Assembly (NCBI GenBank): GCA_034430895.1
Contig: DAOUDW010000035.1
Coordinates: 121,189-185,188 of the forward strand
DNA length: 64,000 bases
DNA from: Anaerolineales bacterium
GTDB taxonomy: Bacteria; Chloroflexota; Anaerolineae; Anaerolineales; E44-bin32
Direction of reading: 5' to 3'
A model generated the notes under the pieces. It searched no databases. It saw nothing but the letters and a program-made list of their open reading frames with translations, and had not been told where the DNA came from. Each line of letters begins with the position of its first letter. Position 1 is the first letter of the stretch. Positions 1 to 8,505 of the stretch are shown here, one piece after another. The translations under genes were made by a program, and so were the position numbers.

Positions 1-22
1 TAGCACGTGGCGATAATTGAAT

Positions 23-1423
23 TTAAGGGAACAATTGCTTCATTCCTGCCACGGCTTCAACCACCCATGGATAACTCAACTGGGGGAAAATTCCCAATAA
101 CAAGCAAAATATCACACCAACGACCATAAAGCCTTTCTCGACAATTGGAATCGCTATCGGCTTTCCTTCATTCTCTGGCGACAAGAAAATCCGCACCCAA
201 TTCAATACAATTGCACCGATACAAGTCAGCGATAATAACAGTGACAATCCAGCCATGCTATCGGATGTGAGTAACGTTTCAATTAAAGCCCATCGTCCTG
301 GGAAACCTGCGAATAACGGAAATCCTGCTAGAGATAATAAACCCGTCAGAATCGCGATTACTGAAATCGGACAATAATATGCCGCGCCCATGAACGATTG
401 GTCTTCACTTGTTTCCACTTTGTATTTCTCAATTGTTGCCAGCCCGATGCCCAAAACGGTCAGACTGATTACACGAATTCCTGTCATTCCCAGGGCCAAT
501 TGGAATCCTTCCGGAGAATTTGTTCCAATCGCGAGTAAGGTAGCCCCAAAATCTGATACGAGTACATAGGCCATGACCTTACGAAGGGATTGTTGCGCCA
601 GCGCCCAGATACTTCCTACACCAATCATAATCATCGCAGCTATTCGAATGCCGTCAAACAAGGCGACATTTTCACGAAGCCACACAAATGTATCGATAAA
701 TCGAAGCAGAAAGAATATCCCCGCACTCTGAAGTAGAATCGTAACAAACGCCAGTGCATACGGATTGGACTGCTGCGCAGCACCTGGCAGCCAGATGTGG
801 AATGGCGGTACCGCCATGAGCACACAGAATCCAAGCGCAAGTAGAATGGTTGCTCGTGCTGCCAATTCAGGTGTTGCTGGTGTCACTCCCTGGCTTTCAA
901 GAATCCAACCTGCGATGAGAATTGCGATCATGCCGAAGGTGTATAGAACGAGAAGCCTGACACTTCCAGAACGGTTTCCTTGCTCCCGCGTAGATAGAAT
1001 AAGCACAGCCCCCATTGCGGTCAGCTCCAGGAAGATTGCTGCGAATAGAAATGGTTGAATCATAAAAGACGCAGCGACTACACCAATTGAAATAATTCCT
1101 ACAAAAACAAAAGTCCGATTAGGACGAGCGATCCATGCCCCACCGAATAACAATGCGCCTGCCAGGTACATGAACGCCACAGCAGCACGATTGCCTTGAT
1201 CGAGTATCATCGATCTTCCCAGTAACTGCCATGTGCTGCTCCACTTCAATGATGCACCCAGAAAGACAAACGGCTCTTCAAGTGAAGCCAATAATGTAAA
1301 TCCGCCAATTAACAATGCACCAATCGAGGCAATAGATGCCGTCAAGCCTAATCTTCTTCGAAATGGCAAGACAACAATCGCCATAATACCCGTCATTAAT
1401 AAAATGATGAATGGCGCACTCAC
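23..1423 (-). CDS. Polytopic membrane protein, divergent proton-conducting antiporter-like subunit (NuoN/MrpD/HyfF superfamily)
   Basis: 466-aa ORF with a GTG start directly abutting the upstream stop (TAAGTG). It is hydrophobic throughout. 'PPFHIWLPGAAQQSNP' resembles the PFHxWLPxA motif of Proton_antipo_M proteins, but the usual PTPVSALLH stretch is not conserved. Confidence 0.55.
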   Translation of the reverse strand: MSAPFIILLMTGIMAIVVLPFRRRLGLTASIASIGALLIGGFTLLASLEEPFVFLGASLKWSSTWQLLGRSMILDQGNRAAVAFMYLAGALLFGGAWIARPNRTFVFVGIISIGVVAASFMIQPFLFAAIFLELTAMGAVLILSTREQGNRSGSVRLLVLYTFGMIAILIAGWILESQGVTPATPELAARATILLALGFCVLMAVPPFHIWLPGAAQQSNPYALAFVTILLQSAGIFFLLRFIDTFVWLRENVALFDGIRIAAMIMIGVGSIWALAQQSLRKVMAYVLVSDFGATLLAIGTNSPEGFQLALGMTGIRVISLTVLGIGLATIEKYKVETSEDQSFMGAAYYCPISVIAILTGLLSLAGFPLFAGFPGRWALIETLLTSDSMAGLSLLLSLTCIGAIVLNWVRIFLSPENEGKPIAIPIVEKGFMVVGVIFCLLLGIFPQLSYPWVVEAVAGMKQLFP

Positions 1424-2038
1424 TTATATTTCCCTCGTTTCTGATGGATCGACACCCTGGATCATCAATAAATATCCCATAACAAGCGCGATACCGATAT
1501 GTACACACGCCAGCAATCCTACCACCGCCAAAGATGGTTCAATCAAACTGTAGGTTATTTCGAAACCGGATAAAAGTGTCAGCAGACCAATGCCCACGCG
1601 CATTGGTTCTTCACATAATCCCAAATGAAGAAAACTTAGACAAACCAGCAGGGCTGTACCCAGACCTACTTCAGGAGCGATGCCTTCAAGATTTATCAGA
1701 TTTACAGCGCCAAGACCGATAGCGACGAGCGTGACCAATAACACTGCAATGATTCGAAAAAAACTATTGAACGGGATTGTCCTTGATTCTCCAATATCAA
1801 ATTTCCCGTCTGTATTTCTTATGCAGATTAAGAATATCGCACAGGCGGCCATTCCTGCGAGCCATTTCGAACCTGCGATTTGCATGTTAAGCGTGGACGA
1901 TATCAGCAGGGCAACAAAGACATACTGCACGGCCAGTATCAATACCAACAATCGTCGATCGTCGAGCAGCACGATCAAACCACCAGTTATCCCTAAACCG
2001 ATCACCGCTATCTGGATCCAAATATCCGCTGTGATCAT
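1424..2038 (-). CDS. Small polytopic membrane protein (about 6 TM segments), possible HyfE/NuoJK-like partner of the flanking antiporter-like proteins
   Basis: I trimmed the ORF to the ATG at 2038, which overlaps the upstream stop as ATGA. The protein starts MITADIWIQIAVIGL and is hydrophobic throughout. The function is inferred only from size and position between two antiporter-like genes. Confidence 0.45.
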   Translation of the reverse strand: MITADIWIQIAVIGLGITGGLIVLLDDRRLLVLILAVQYVFVALLISSTLNMQIAGSKWLAGMAACAIFLICIRNTDGKFDIGESRTIPFNSFFRIIAVLLVTLVAIGLGAVNLINLEGIAPEVGLGTALLVCLSFLHLGLCEEPMRVGIGLLTLLSGFEITYSLIEPSLAVVGLLACVHIGIALVMGYLLMIQGVDPSETREI

Positions 2039-3600
2039 GCAATTCCTCGCACGCCCAAATAAGTGAGCAACAATATTACGACAATCCACAACATTGCGCC
2101 CTCTCCTTCTAACGCATCGCTTGCTCCACAGGCTACTCTCATTATCGCCCTACCGATTAACGCAAATAGACGTACAATGGGACCCATATCGAACCAGGCT
2201 AGAAGTCTTCCCCAACGATCTACGTCTCTCATTGGAAGTTTTCGTATCGCCAGTGTGAACACCACGGCCAAACCACCTATTACGAGAAACCCAATGAATC
2301 CGATAAGTGTAACCTCGTCAAACATTCTCAATCCAAGTCCGATTAAAACAACGACCGGGAAACTTAAACCAACGCCATACATAAAGCGGACCGAGCTTTC
2401 GGCAGTTAGCCACCTTACAGAAGGTAAATTTAAATAACGCAAGGTTCCCATACCCAACAAAACCATACCGATGATGCCAATGACAACTTTAATAATAGAA
2501 CTTAGGCCTGTGATCGAAACGATCATGTTCGTCAACACTACCCCACCTGGCGTCCATGGGCAGCCGGCGATAATAATTGCGTATAAAATCGGCCATATCC
2601 GGTGAGGCGGCGAGAATATTTCAATTGAGTAGAACACCCCTCCGATTAGAATCAATAAAGTACCCACGGCTGTGATCACACTGGCATCGCCAGGACTTAA
2701 ACTGGCAACAAAAATACCCAATCCGGAAATTGCCAATATAAAAGCTTGTTGAACTCTTGATTCGTCACGATCGAATACCCATTGCACACCGCCAATCAAC
2801 AAAGTTAATCCACCTGCCAGACTCAGCCATGGCACGACATCCTCGGGCACACCGTTGTCGAAAACTCTGGCAAGCAATGCAAAAGCTGCTCCTGCCGGTA
2901 ATAATTTTTGTAAAATTTCTATTCCGTGTCGTTCAGTCGGATAAGACACTGCCCCAAATTGGAACTGGAAGAACCCTAGTCGCAACATGGCCGCCAATGC
3001 GAGGAATAATACAGAACCAGATGAAACGAATGAACCTGTTAAGGAGCTGTTCCCGCCCTCTGATATATTTATCATCGCAGCCAGCAGAATCATGATCAAA
3101 CTTGCTCCATCGATCGATAAACGGGGTATCAAGGATGAAATACGGCTTTCTCGATCGAACAAATCAAGCATTACGACGATCGACACCACGTCCATTAACA
3201 TCCATGTCATCGCAAATGTGAGTATGTTTCCTGACAACATCGATACAATCGGAGATGCTGAATAAATCAACAACAATGCTTGCCTGCGAGTTTTCATTTT
3301 ATATCTTGCAGGGTGTGTGAGTACGATTACTAATAGTAGCGTTGTAGAAGCATATACGAATGGCCAACTTATCGAATCAAGCTTTAACTCAATCTGCGAT
3401 ATAAATAATGATTCTGGTCTCCATACCGATACTTCGTATACATCGGGAATGATTGTAATCAAAGCCAAACTGAGCAACCAAACAAGCAATGCCGTGGATG
3501 TCGAAATTGTCCAGCCAATTCGAGCCGGCCGATTTCGAACGTACCATGTTGCGATAGCGCCAAGAAGTAAAATGATGATTGTTAAAAATACCATTCCCAC
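2035..3600 (-). CDS. Large polytopic membrane protein, highly divergent antiporter-like (NuoL/M/HyfD-like) subunit
   Basis: 521-aa ORF with a GTG at 3600 or an ATG at 3594 preceded by GAGGTG. It has many hydrophobic segments. At the position where the PFHxW motif is expected it has only a degenerate 'LGFFQFQFG'. It is the first gene of a co-directional, translationally coupled triad. Confidence 0.45.
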   Translation of the reverse strand: MGMVFLTIIILLLGAIATWYVRNRPARIGWTISTSTALLVWLLSLALITIIPDVYEVSVWRPESLFISQIELKLDSISWPFVYASTTLLLVIVLTHPARYKMKTRRQALLLIYSASPIVSMLSGNILTFAMTWMLMDVVSIVVMLDLFDRESRISSLIPRLSIDGASLIMILLAAMINISEGGNSSLTGSFVSSGSVLFLALAAMLRLGFFQFQFGAVSYPTERHGIEILQKLLPAGAAFALLARVFDNGVPEDVVPWLSLAGGLTLLIGGVQWVFDRDESRVQQAFILAISGLGIFVASLSPGDASVITAVGTLLILIGGVFYSIEIFSPPHRIWPILYAIIIAGCPWTPGGVVLTNMIVSITGLSSIIKVVIGIIGMVLLGMGTLRYLNLPSVRWLTAESSVRFMYGVGLSFPVVVLIGLGLRMFDEVTLIGFIGFLVIGGLAVVFTLAIRKLPMRDVDRWGRLLAWFDMGPIVRLFALIGRAIMRVACGASDALEGEGAMLWIVVILLLTYLGVRGIA

Positions 3601-3731
3601 CTCAAGATCTTTCGATCTTTCTTCAACCTGGCAACAAGCATACCATGGCTGGCTTCAAGGTAGTTAATCTTCATCTTATCGAATCCGTAGAAAAACTATC
3701 TATGAAATTCTCATTCTACAAATAGAAACTT

Positions 3732-3761
3732 TTCGATATGGCTCACTCAATGTGCTATAAT
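3732..3761 (+). promoter_or_regulatory. Extended -10 promoter for hisS
   Basis: TGTGCTATAAT at 3751-3761 (TG-n-TATAAT), with a weak -35-like TTCGAT about 18 nt upstream. Confidence 0.5.
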
Positions 3762-3883
3762 CTTGTCCGTGATTTCTCGTCGCTCTCGGAAATCTTTCTA
3801 CCCATCGAGGCATCATTACTGTTATGAGGAGAATTGATCGGGAAAAAATCCCCGCCCTACTCGTAATATTTTAATGCATTCAA

Positions 3884-3914
3884 AGACGGCGTGGGGAACA
3901 CCACGCCGTCTTTT
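3884..3914 (+). terminator. Intrinsic-terminator-like hairpin inside the hisS 5' leader (candidate attenuator)
   Basis: AGACGGCGTGG (3884-3894) pairs perfectly over 11 bp with CCACGCCGTCT (3901-3911) across the loop GGAACA. The hairpin is followed by a T-run of about 4 and lies 25 nt upstream of the hisS ATG. Confidence 0.5.
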
Positions 3915-3938
3915 AGGTTATTGATCGGGAGATACAAC

Positions 3939-5207
3939 ATGTCCACGATTACTGCAGTAAAAGGCACCCGGGATTTTTACCCGTCCGACATGGCATTCCA
4001 TGATTGGCTATTTGATACCATTCGTTCAGTATCGGAACAATTTGGCTATCAAAAGTATGATGGCCCATACCTTGAAAGAATGGCATTGTATGCTGCGAAG
4101 TCCGGTGAAGAGTTAGTCAACGAACAATCATTCGTATTTGAAGATCGCGGCGGCGATATGGTTGCATTACGTCCGGAACTGACCCCCACGCTTGCTCGCA
4201 TGGTTGCGGCTCGCAGCCGCCAATTAATCCAGCCGATTCGATGGTGGTCTTTTGGACCTTTTTGGCGCTACGAACGTCCCCAGAAAGGGCGTACGCGTGA
4301 GTTCTTCCAATGGAACGTCGATCTTCTCGGCATCGTCTCTCCTCAGGCAGATGCCGAACTCGCCGCCATCTCGGCCACGTTCTTTCGAGCGGTCGGTCTA
4401 TCTCCTCAAATGATACGCTTGCAAATCAACAATCGTCGTCTTATGGACGCAAAATTGGAGTCGGTCGGGATCGCTATGGAGAATCGCCCTGCCGTCTTTC
4501 GTCTCATCGATCGCAAGGAGAAAATGGACGATCGCGCCTGGCAAGATAAAGCGAAATCGATTGGTATCGACAAGGATCAATTTTCCGTTTTGTGCAACAT
4601 TCTCGCAGACAAAGATGCATGGAAGGATTTTGATGAACTCCGCGAGTTTTTCGATTCTGTCGAAATGATGGGCGTGGCCGATTACTTCGAATATGATCCC
4701 AAGGTCATTCGCGGATTGGATTACTACACAGGAACCGTGTTTGAAGCACGGGACGCATCCGGCGAAGAGCGTGCGATTCTGGGTGGCGGTCGCTACGACA
4801 ACCTCGTTGCCGATGTGGGCGGCGATCCGTTACCTGGTGTCGGTTTTGCCATGGGCGACGTCGTCCTCGGTATCGTGCTTGAGAAGCACGGTTGCAAACC
4901 TTCGTTGCAGCCCAATCCATCAGATGTTTTTCTCCCCCTCTTTGACGAAACAACGCTTTCCGATAGCCTGCGTCTCGCTTCCGAACTCCGCAGCGCAGGT
5001 TTGCGTGTGGAATGGTACCCGCAACCCGACAAGCTTAAAAAGCAGTTTAAATATGCAGACCGCAATGACATTCCAATTGCCGTTGTGTTGGGGCCAGACG
5101 AGATTCAATCCGAATCGATCACGATCAAAGATTTACGCACGAAAACACAGGATTCTTTTCCTCGTGCAGAAATGATAAATAAAATTCGCGAGCTCCTGGA
5201 ATCCTAA
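3939..5207 (+). CDS. hisS: Histidine--tRNA ligase
   Basis: 'TAVKGTRDFYP', 'ALRPELTPTLARMVA' and 'RWWSFGPFWRYERPQKGRTREFFQWNVDLLG' are class II HisRS motifs. The start is set at ATG 3939, preceded by GGGAGA. The GTG at 3891 in the ORF track would include the leader hairpin. Confidence 0.95.
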   Translation: MSTITAVKGTRDFYPSDMAFHDWLFDTIRSVSEQFGYQKYDGPYLERMALYAAKSGEELVNEQSFVFEDRGGDMVALRPELTPTLARMVAARSRQLIQPIRWWSFGPFWRYERPQKGRTREFFQWNVDLLGIVSPQADAELAAISATFFRAVGLSPQMIRLQINNRRLMDAKLESVGIAMENRPAVFRLIDRKEKMDDRAWQDKAKSIGIDKDQFSVLCNILADKDAWKDFDELREFFDSVEMMGVADYFEYDPKVIRGLDYYTGTVFEARDASGEERAILGGGRYDNLVADVGGDPLPGVGFAMGDVVLGIVLEKHGCKPSLQPNPSDVFLPLFDETTLSDSLRLASELRSAGLRVEWYPQPDKLKKQFKYADRNDIPIAVVLGPDEIQSESITIKDLRTKTQDSFPRAEMINKIRELLES

Positions 5208-5270
5208 TCCATATCCAAATGATAGCTGTATGTAAGTTGTCTCAAGATGTTCCTATGATAGGATAAATTA

Positions 5271-5408
5271 AGTCGCCGCCTGGACGGATCGGGAGAGAAC
5301 AGTATATTAAACGGAGAGCGACTAGAGCCGAACTACATTGTAGCCATCGGCCTGCGCCTCAAAAATTTAGAGATGCTCTCCTCGATCCCAAGGCGGCGAT
5401 TTTTTTTC
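5271..5408 (+). ncRNA. Candidate rod-shaped small RNA, or an unusually elaborate hisS terminator
   Basis: A promoter-like TTGTCT-16-TGATAGGAT lies at 5237-5264. The paired helices are 5273-5281:5391-5399, 5286-5291:5383-5388, 5292-5297:5376-5381, 5314-5320:5355-5360 and 5327-5331:5347-5351. An AU-rich internal loop sits between the third and fourth helices, and eight T follow at 5400-5407. Confidence 0.35.
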
Positions 5409-5479
5409 TTAATAGAACTCTAATCCCTTGTATAGATTTCCTCGAAATATTCAATTCGTGTTAGAATGTGTCCGATCTT

Positions 5480-5553
5480 GGTGCCCGTAGCTCAACCGGT
5501 AGAGCGCCGCACTGTGGATGCGGTCGTTGAGGGTTCAAGTCCCTTCGGGCACC
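5480..5553 (+). tRNA. tRNA-His (anticodon GTG) with genomically encoded G-1
   Basis: Hand-folded cloverleaf with acceptor GTGCCCG/CGGGCAC, anticodon loop CTGTGGA and T-arm GAGGG-TTCAAGT-CCCTT. The extra 5' G at 5480 sits opposite discriminator C. CCA is not fully encoded. The extended -10 motif TGTTAGAAT lies upstream at 5459-5467. Confidence 0.93.
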
Positions 5554-5559
5554 CACATT

Positions 5560-5581
5560 ACGCCCAGAAATGGGCGTTATT
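5560..5581 (+). terminator. Hairpin terminator after tRNA-His
   Basis: ACGCCCA-GAAA-TGGGCGT followed by TTATT. It overlaps the stop codon of the convergent lipoprotein gene. Confidence 0.5.
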
Positions 5582-5945
5582 GATTCCCTGCCCCTTGCCA
5601 TTCTCCATTGACAACCTCAACGCGCCCTTCACATGCATCATTTAGCACGCTGAACGTCGCTGTATTCCCTCGCACTCCAACACGATACTTGCCTTCGATT
5701 TCGCCACAATCATCATCTACGAATAAGACTACGTTACCGCGAACATCATATTCCCCGCTTATCGTTCTACTACGCTCCCCTACCTGAAGTATAAAGGTTT
5801 CGTCTGTGTTGAAATTCATGCGGACGATATATTCATCGATCTGGCGTTCCCAAACGCCAGCAACCGATACGTTATCCTTGCCACATGCAGTAAGCAGAAG
5901 TATAAGGACTATTGCAATACAAAAGAAAAGCCATTGTTTTTTCAA
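5577..5945 (-). CDS. Small lipoprotein, unknown function
   Basis: Signal peptide with lipobox: 'MKKQWLFFCIAIVLILLLTAC'. 122 aa, with no motif I recognise. Confidence 0.6.
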   Translation of the reverse strand: MKKQWLFFCIAIVLILLLTACGKDNVSVAGVWERQIDEYIVRMNFNTDETFILQVGERSRTISGEYDVRGNVVLFVDDDCGEIEGKYRVGVRGNTATFSVLNDACEGRVEVVNGEWQGAGNQ

Positions 5946-6106
5946 TAGATCACCTGAGTTGTGTCTATCGATCGAATCTCACTCTACGAGAAAATGAAAA
6001 ATCAACACTTGTAACTGATCAGATCCCGAATTGAGTATGCAGTATCAATGATTGAGAGTCAAATACAAATAATAAGAACGATCAACCTTGGAGTTTTAAC
6101 ACCCTT

Positions 6107-7186
6107 CTATTCATCCTGCAGTTCAAATCCTGTGTCAACAAATCCTGCTGCGAGATCTTCGATCAATGCCAATGCCTCTTGCTCTCGCCCTGATGATAAC
6201 AAATCACGATTGACCTCGACAATCTGCAACTCCCACTGGATTTGGAAACCCCCTTTCCCTGCAAGCAGATCATTCCAGATGGTTTGCAGGCCTTCAAGAG
6301 CGGTAAATTGCACTGCCGCCATCCATTGGCTTTCCGGCACGATTTCCGGTCGCGGTCCATCTCCGATAATCGCGCTGTCGATCTGTGTCCATTCACTTAC
6401 TGTCGATTCGAACACACCTATCGGCGCCAGATAAATAACTCCGAGTTTGTTTTCGCGAATAATCCCAACAACTGATCCCCAGCCTTGTCCGTTTGAATCG
6501 AGATGCGTTGACTGAGGGTATTCATAGAAAGGCGGAAACGCGGGCCGGCATAATCCACAGAAGTACCGCGCGCCGTTTAGGAAACCCTCTTCAATGGCGC
6601 CATTTTCTTCACTCTCCCCAATGCTCACAACTCCTGCCCGCCAATCTTCGGCAACCATCGCAGAGATATAGCCGGCAACAAACGCCTGTTGATCCTTCCG
6701 CAGCCCATTTTCTCCAATGAGGCTTATATTGCTGCTGGGGGTGATGTTGGAAATTCCTACACCTATGAACTGGATTTCCGTAAACCTGGATGCGTAATTC
6801 TCAATCCCGGGATCATCCTCAAAGACAAATATGAGGAACACATCACTCTGGATATCTTCTTCGCTAATTTGATTTACGTTTTCAACAACAAGACCAGATT
6901 CTTCCGCCAGTAAAATTACTTCACCCATTAATTTACGCATCGCCCAATCTTCAGATTCCTGGGCGGCGTAAAACAGCACCTTTCGTTGGACTGGTTCAAT
7001 CGTTTCCCCGACATCGCTTGTAGTTGTCGGAGTAGATGTAATCATCCGCACCGCTTCAGTCGCCTCAGTACCACTTCCCGGGAAGTTACAACTTGTACAC
7101 AGAATCACGAATACAGCTGCAATCGCGAAGGCATGTAATGAGCCCTGCTTGATAAATTGACCTGCGGTTTTAGTTTTTATATCCAT
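6107..7186 (-). CDS. Lipoprotein, possibly a BMP/PnrA-family substrate-binding protein
   Basis: N-terminal hydrophobic anchor with Cys ('AVFVILCTSC'). 'QQAFVAGYISAMVAEDWRAGVVS' resembles the BMP-family AGYLAA core. No ABC partner genes are adjacent. Confidence 0.45.
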   Translation of the reverse strand: MDIKTKTAGQFIKQGSLHAFAIAAVFVILCTSCNFPGSGTEATEAVRMITSTPTTTSDVGETIEPVQRKVLFYAAQESEDWAMRKLMGEVILLAEESGLVVENVNQISEEDIQSDVFLIFVFEDDPGIENYASRFTEIQFIGVGISNITPSSNISLIGENGLRKDQQAFVAGYISAMVAEDWRAGVVSIGESEENGAIEEGFLNGARYFCGLCRPAFPPFYEYPQSTHLDSNGQGWGSVVGIIRENKLGVIYLAPIGVFESTVSEWTQIDSAIIGDGPRPEIVPESQWMAAVQFTALEGLQTIWNDLLAGKGGFQIQWELQIVEVNRDLLSSGREQEALALIEDLAAGFVDTGFELQDE

Positions 7187-7365
7187 TCCGATGTAACTCC
7201 TACCTGCTCCTTTATATTGTAAAGCGAAGAAATCATAATGTATTTTATTTCAACCGACGGAACTTTGCCGATAATTGATTACAATATCATATACAATTGC
7301 TGTCAAATTTCATCTACTATTGACCTCTCCAATAGATAGACGGTATGCTTATGCGGGAAATAATC

Positions 7366-8466
7366 ATGAAAGAGTCATCACGGATTAATCGCAGAGACAT
7401 GATGAAACTTGCTGGCCTTGGCGTTGCCAGTCTTGCTTTGCGTCATGAAACCTTCAGAACCTATTTACCCCCACTCCTTCCCGAATTCCCTGCATCCGAA
7501 CGACTCGGGAGGGTTTTTGTTGGAAAGACAGAAATCAAAACGAAGCCCGATAACAACAGCTCGACTGTGGAAGTCCTCTACGAAGACGGCGTCGTTCCCT
7601 GGCTGCGCGAGATTCCTGGACAACCTGTCTCAATCTTCGCTCCGAACGTCCGCTGGGTTGAGACGGATCGAGGTTACATTTGGTCGCCGCATCTCCAGCC
7701 CGTTAAAAACCTACCCCAAGAACCCATTCTTGAGTTGCCTTCTACGAGTTTGGGCGAAGGAATGTGGGCAGAGGTAACTGTTCCATACGTTGATATAGCA
7801 CTCGACAATCCACCCGCACGATCGCCCTGGCTTAAAGTTGCGCCGCATCCCCGCTTGTACTACAGTCAAATTTTATGGATCGACCAGATTGATACGGATT
7901 CAGCTGGTCGCTCGTATTACCGTGTTAATGAACGTTATGGATCTGGCGATATTCTATGGGCCGCATCGGAAGCTTTTCGTCCATTACAGGACGAAGATTT
8001 TTCACCAATCCACCCTTATGTTGAGGATAAGCGTGTAGCAATCAATCTCACCTATCAAACACTCTCTTGCTATGAAGGCAATGACGAAGTCTATTTCTGT
8101 CGGATTTCTTCGGGTGGGAAGTATGATGCACAGGGAAGTCCCAACGATAAATGGTCTACACCCTTAGGCCCTCACCCCATCTGGCGAAAGTTGACTTCGC
8201 TCCATATGAGTGGTGGAACAATGGTCGGCGGGTACGATCTGCCTGGCATTGGATGGACGATGTTGTTCGCTGCTAATGGGGTGGCGATTCATTCTACATT
8301 TTGGCACAACAATTTCGGCGTTCCGATGTCCCACGGTTGCGTCAACGCTCTTCCGGAAGATGCGCAGTGGATTTTTCGTTGGACTACGCCTCATGTAACC
8401 GCAGATCCTGGAGACGTTACCGTCGGAATGCCCGGGGGAACGCAGATATCGATTGAAGAGGCGTAA
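7366..8466 (+). CDS. L,D-transpeptidase (YkuD domain) with a Tat-type signal
   Basis: 'SRINRRDMMKLAGLGVASLAL' is a twin-arginine leader. 'GVAIHSTFWHNNFGVPMSHGCVNA' contains the YkuD catalytic H...SHGC motif. The start is set at ATG 7366. Confidence 0.85.
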   Translation: MKESSRINRRDMMKLAGLGVASLALRHETFRTYLPPLLPEFPASERLGRVFVGKTEIKTKPDNNSSTVEVLYEDGVVPWLREIPGQPVSIFAPNVRWVETDRGYIWSPHLQPVKNLPQEPILELPSTSLGEGMWAEVTVPYVDIALDNPPARSPWLKVAPHPRLYYSQILWIDQIDTDSAGRSYYRVNERYGSGDILWAASEAFRPLQDEDFSPIHPYVEDKRVAINLTYQTLSCYEGNDEVYFCRISSGGKYDAQGSPNDKWSTPLGPHPIWRKLTSLHMSGGTMVGGYDLPGIGWTMLFAANGVAIHSTFWHNNFGVPMSHGCVNALPEDAQWIFRWTTPHVTADPGDVTVGMPGGTQISIEEA

Positions 8467-8505
8467 TTCATCACGCTTCCCGTACGAAAATGGCATGGCA
8501 GGTTA

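Noticed and set aside
3824-3874. 16-codon uORF in the hisS leader as a His-codon attenuation peptide
   Set aside because: The peptide (MRRIDREKIPALLVIF) contains no His codons and has no SD. Classical his-type leader-peptide attenuation is therefore not supported.
3891-3938. GTG-initiated N-terminal extension of HisS in the ORF track
   Set aside because: The extension is encoded by the terminator hairpin itself. The ATG at 3939 has a GGGAGA SD and matches the usual HisRS N-terminus.
5291-5332. Glycine riboswitch (two GGAGAG motifs plus GCCGAA) inside the hisS/tRNA-His intergenic RNA
   Set aside because: The conserved CGCCGAAGGGGCAA and CUCAGGCAAAAGGAC cores are absent. There is also no downstream glycine-related gene.
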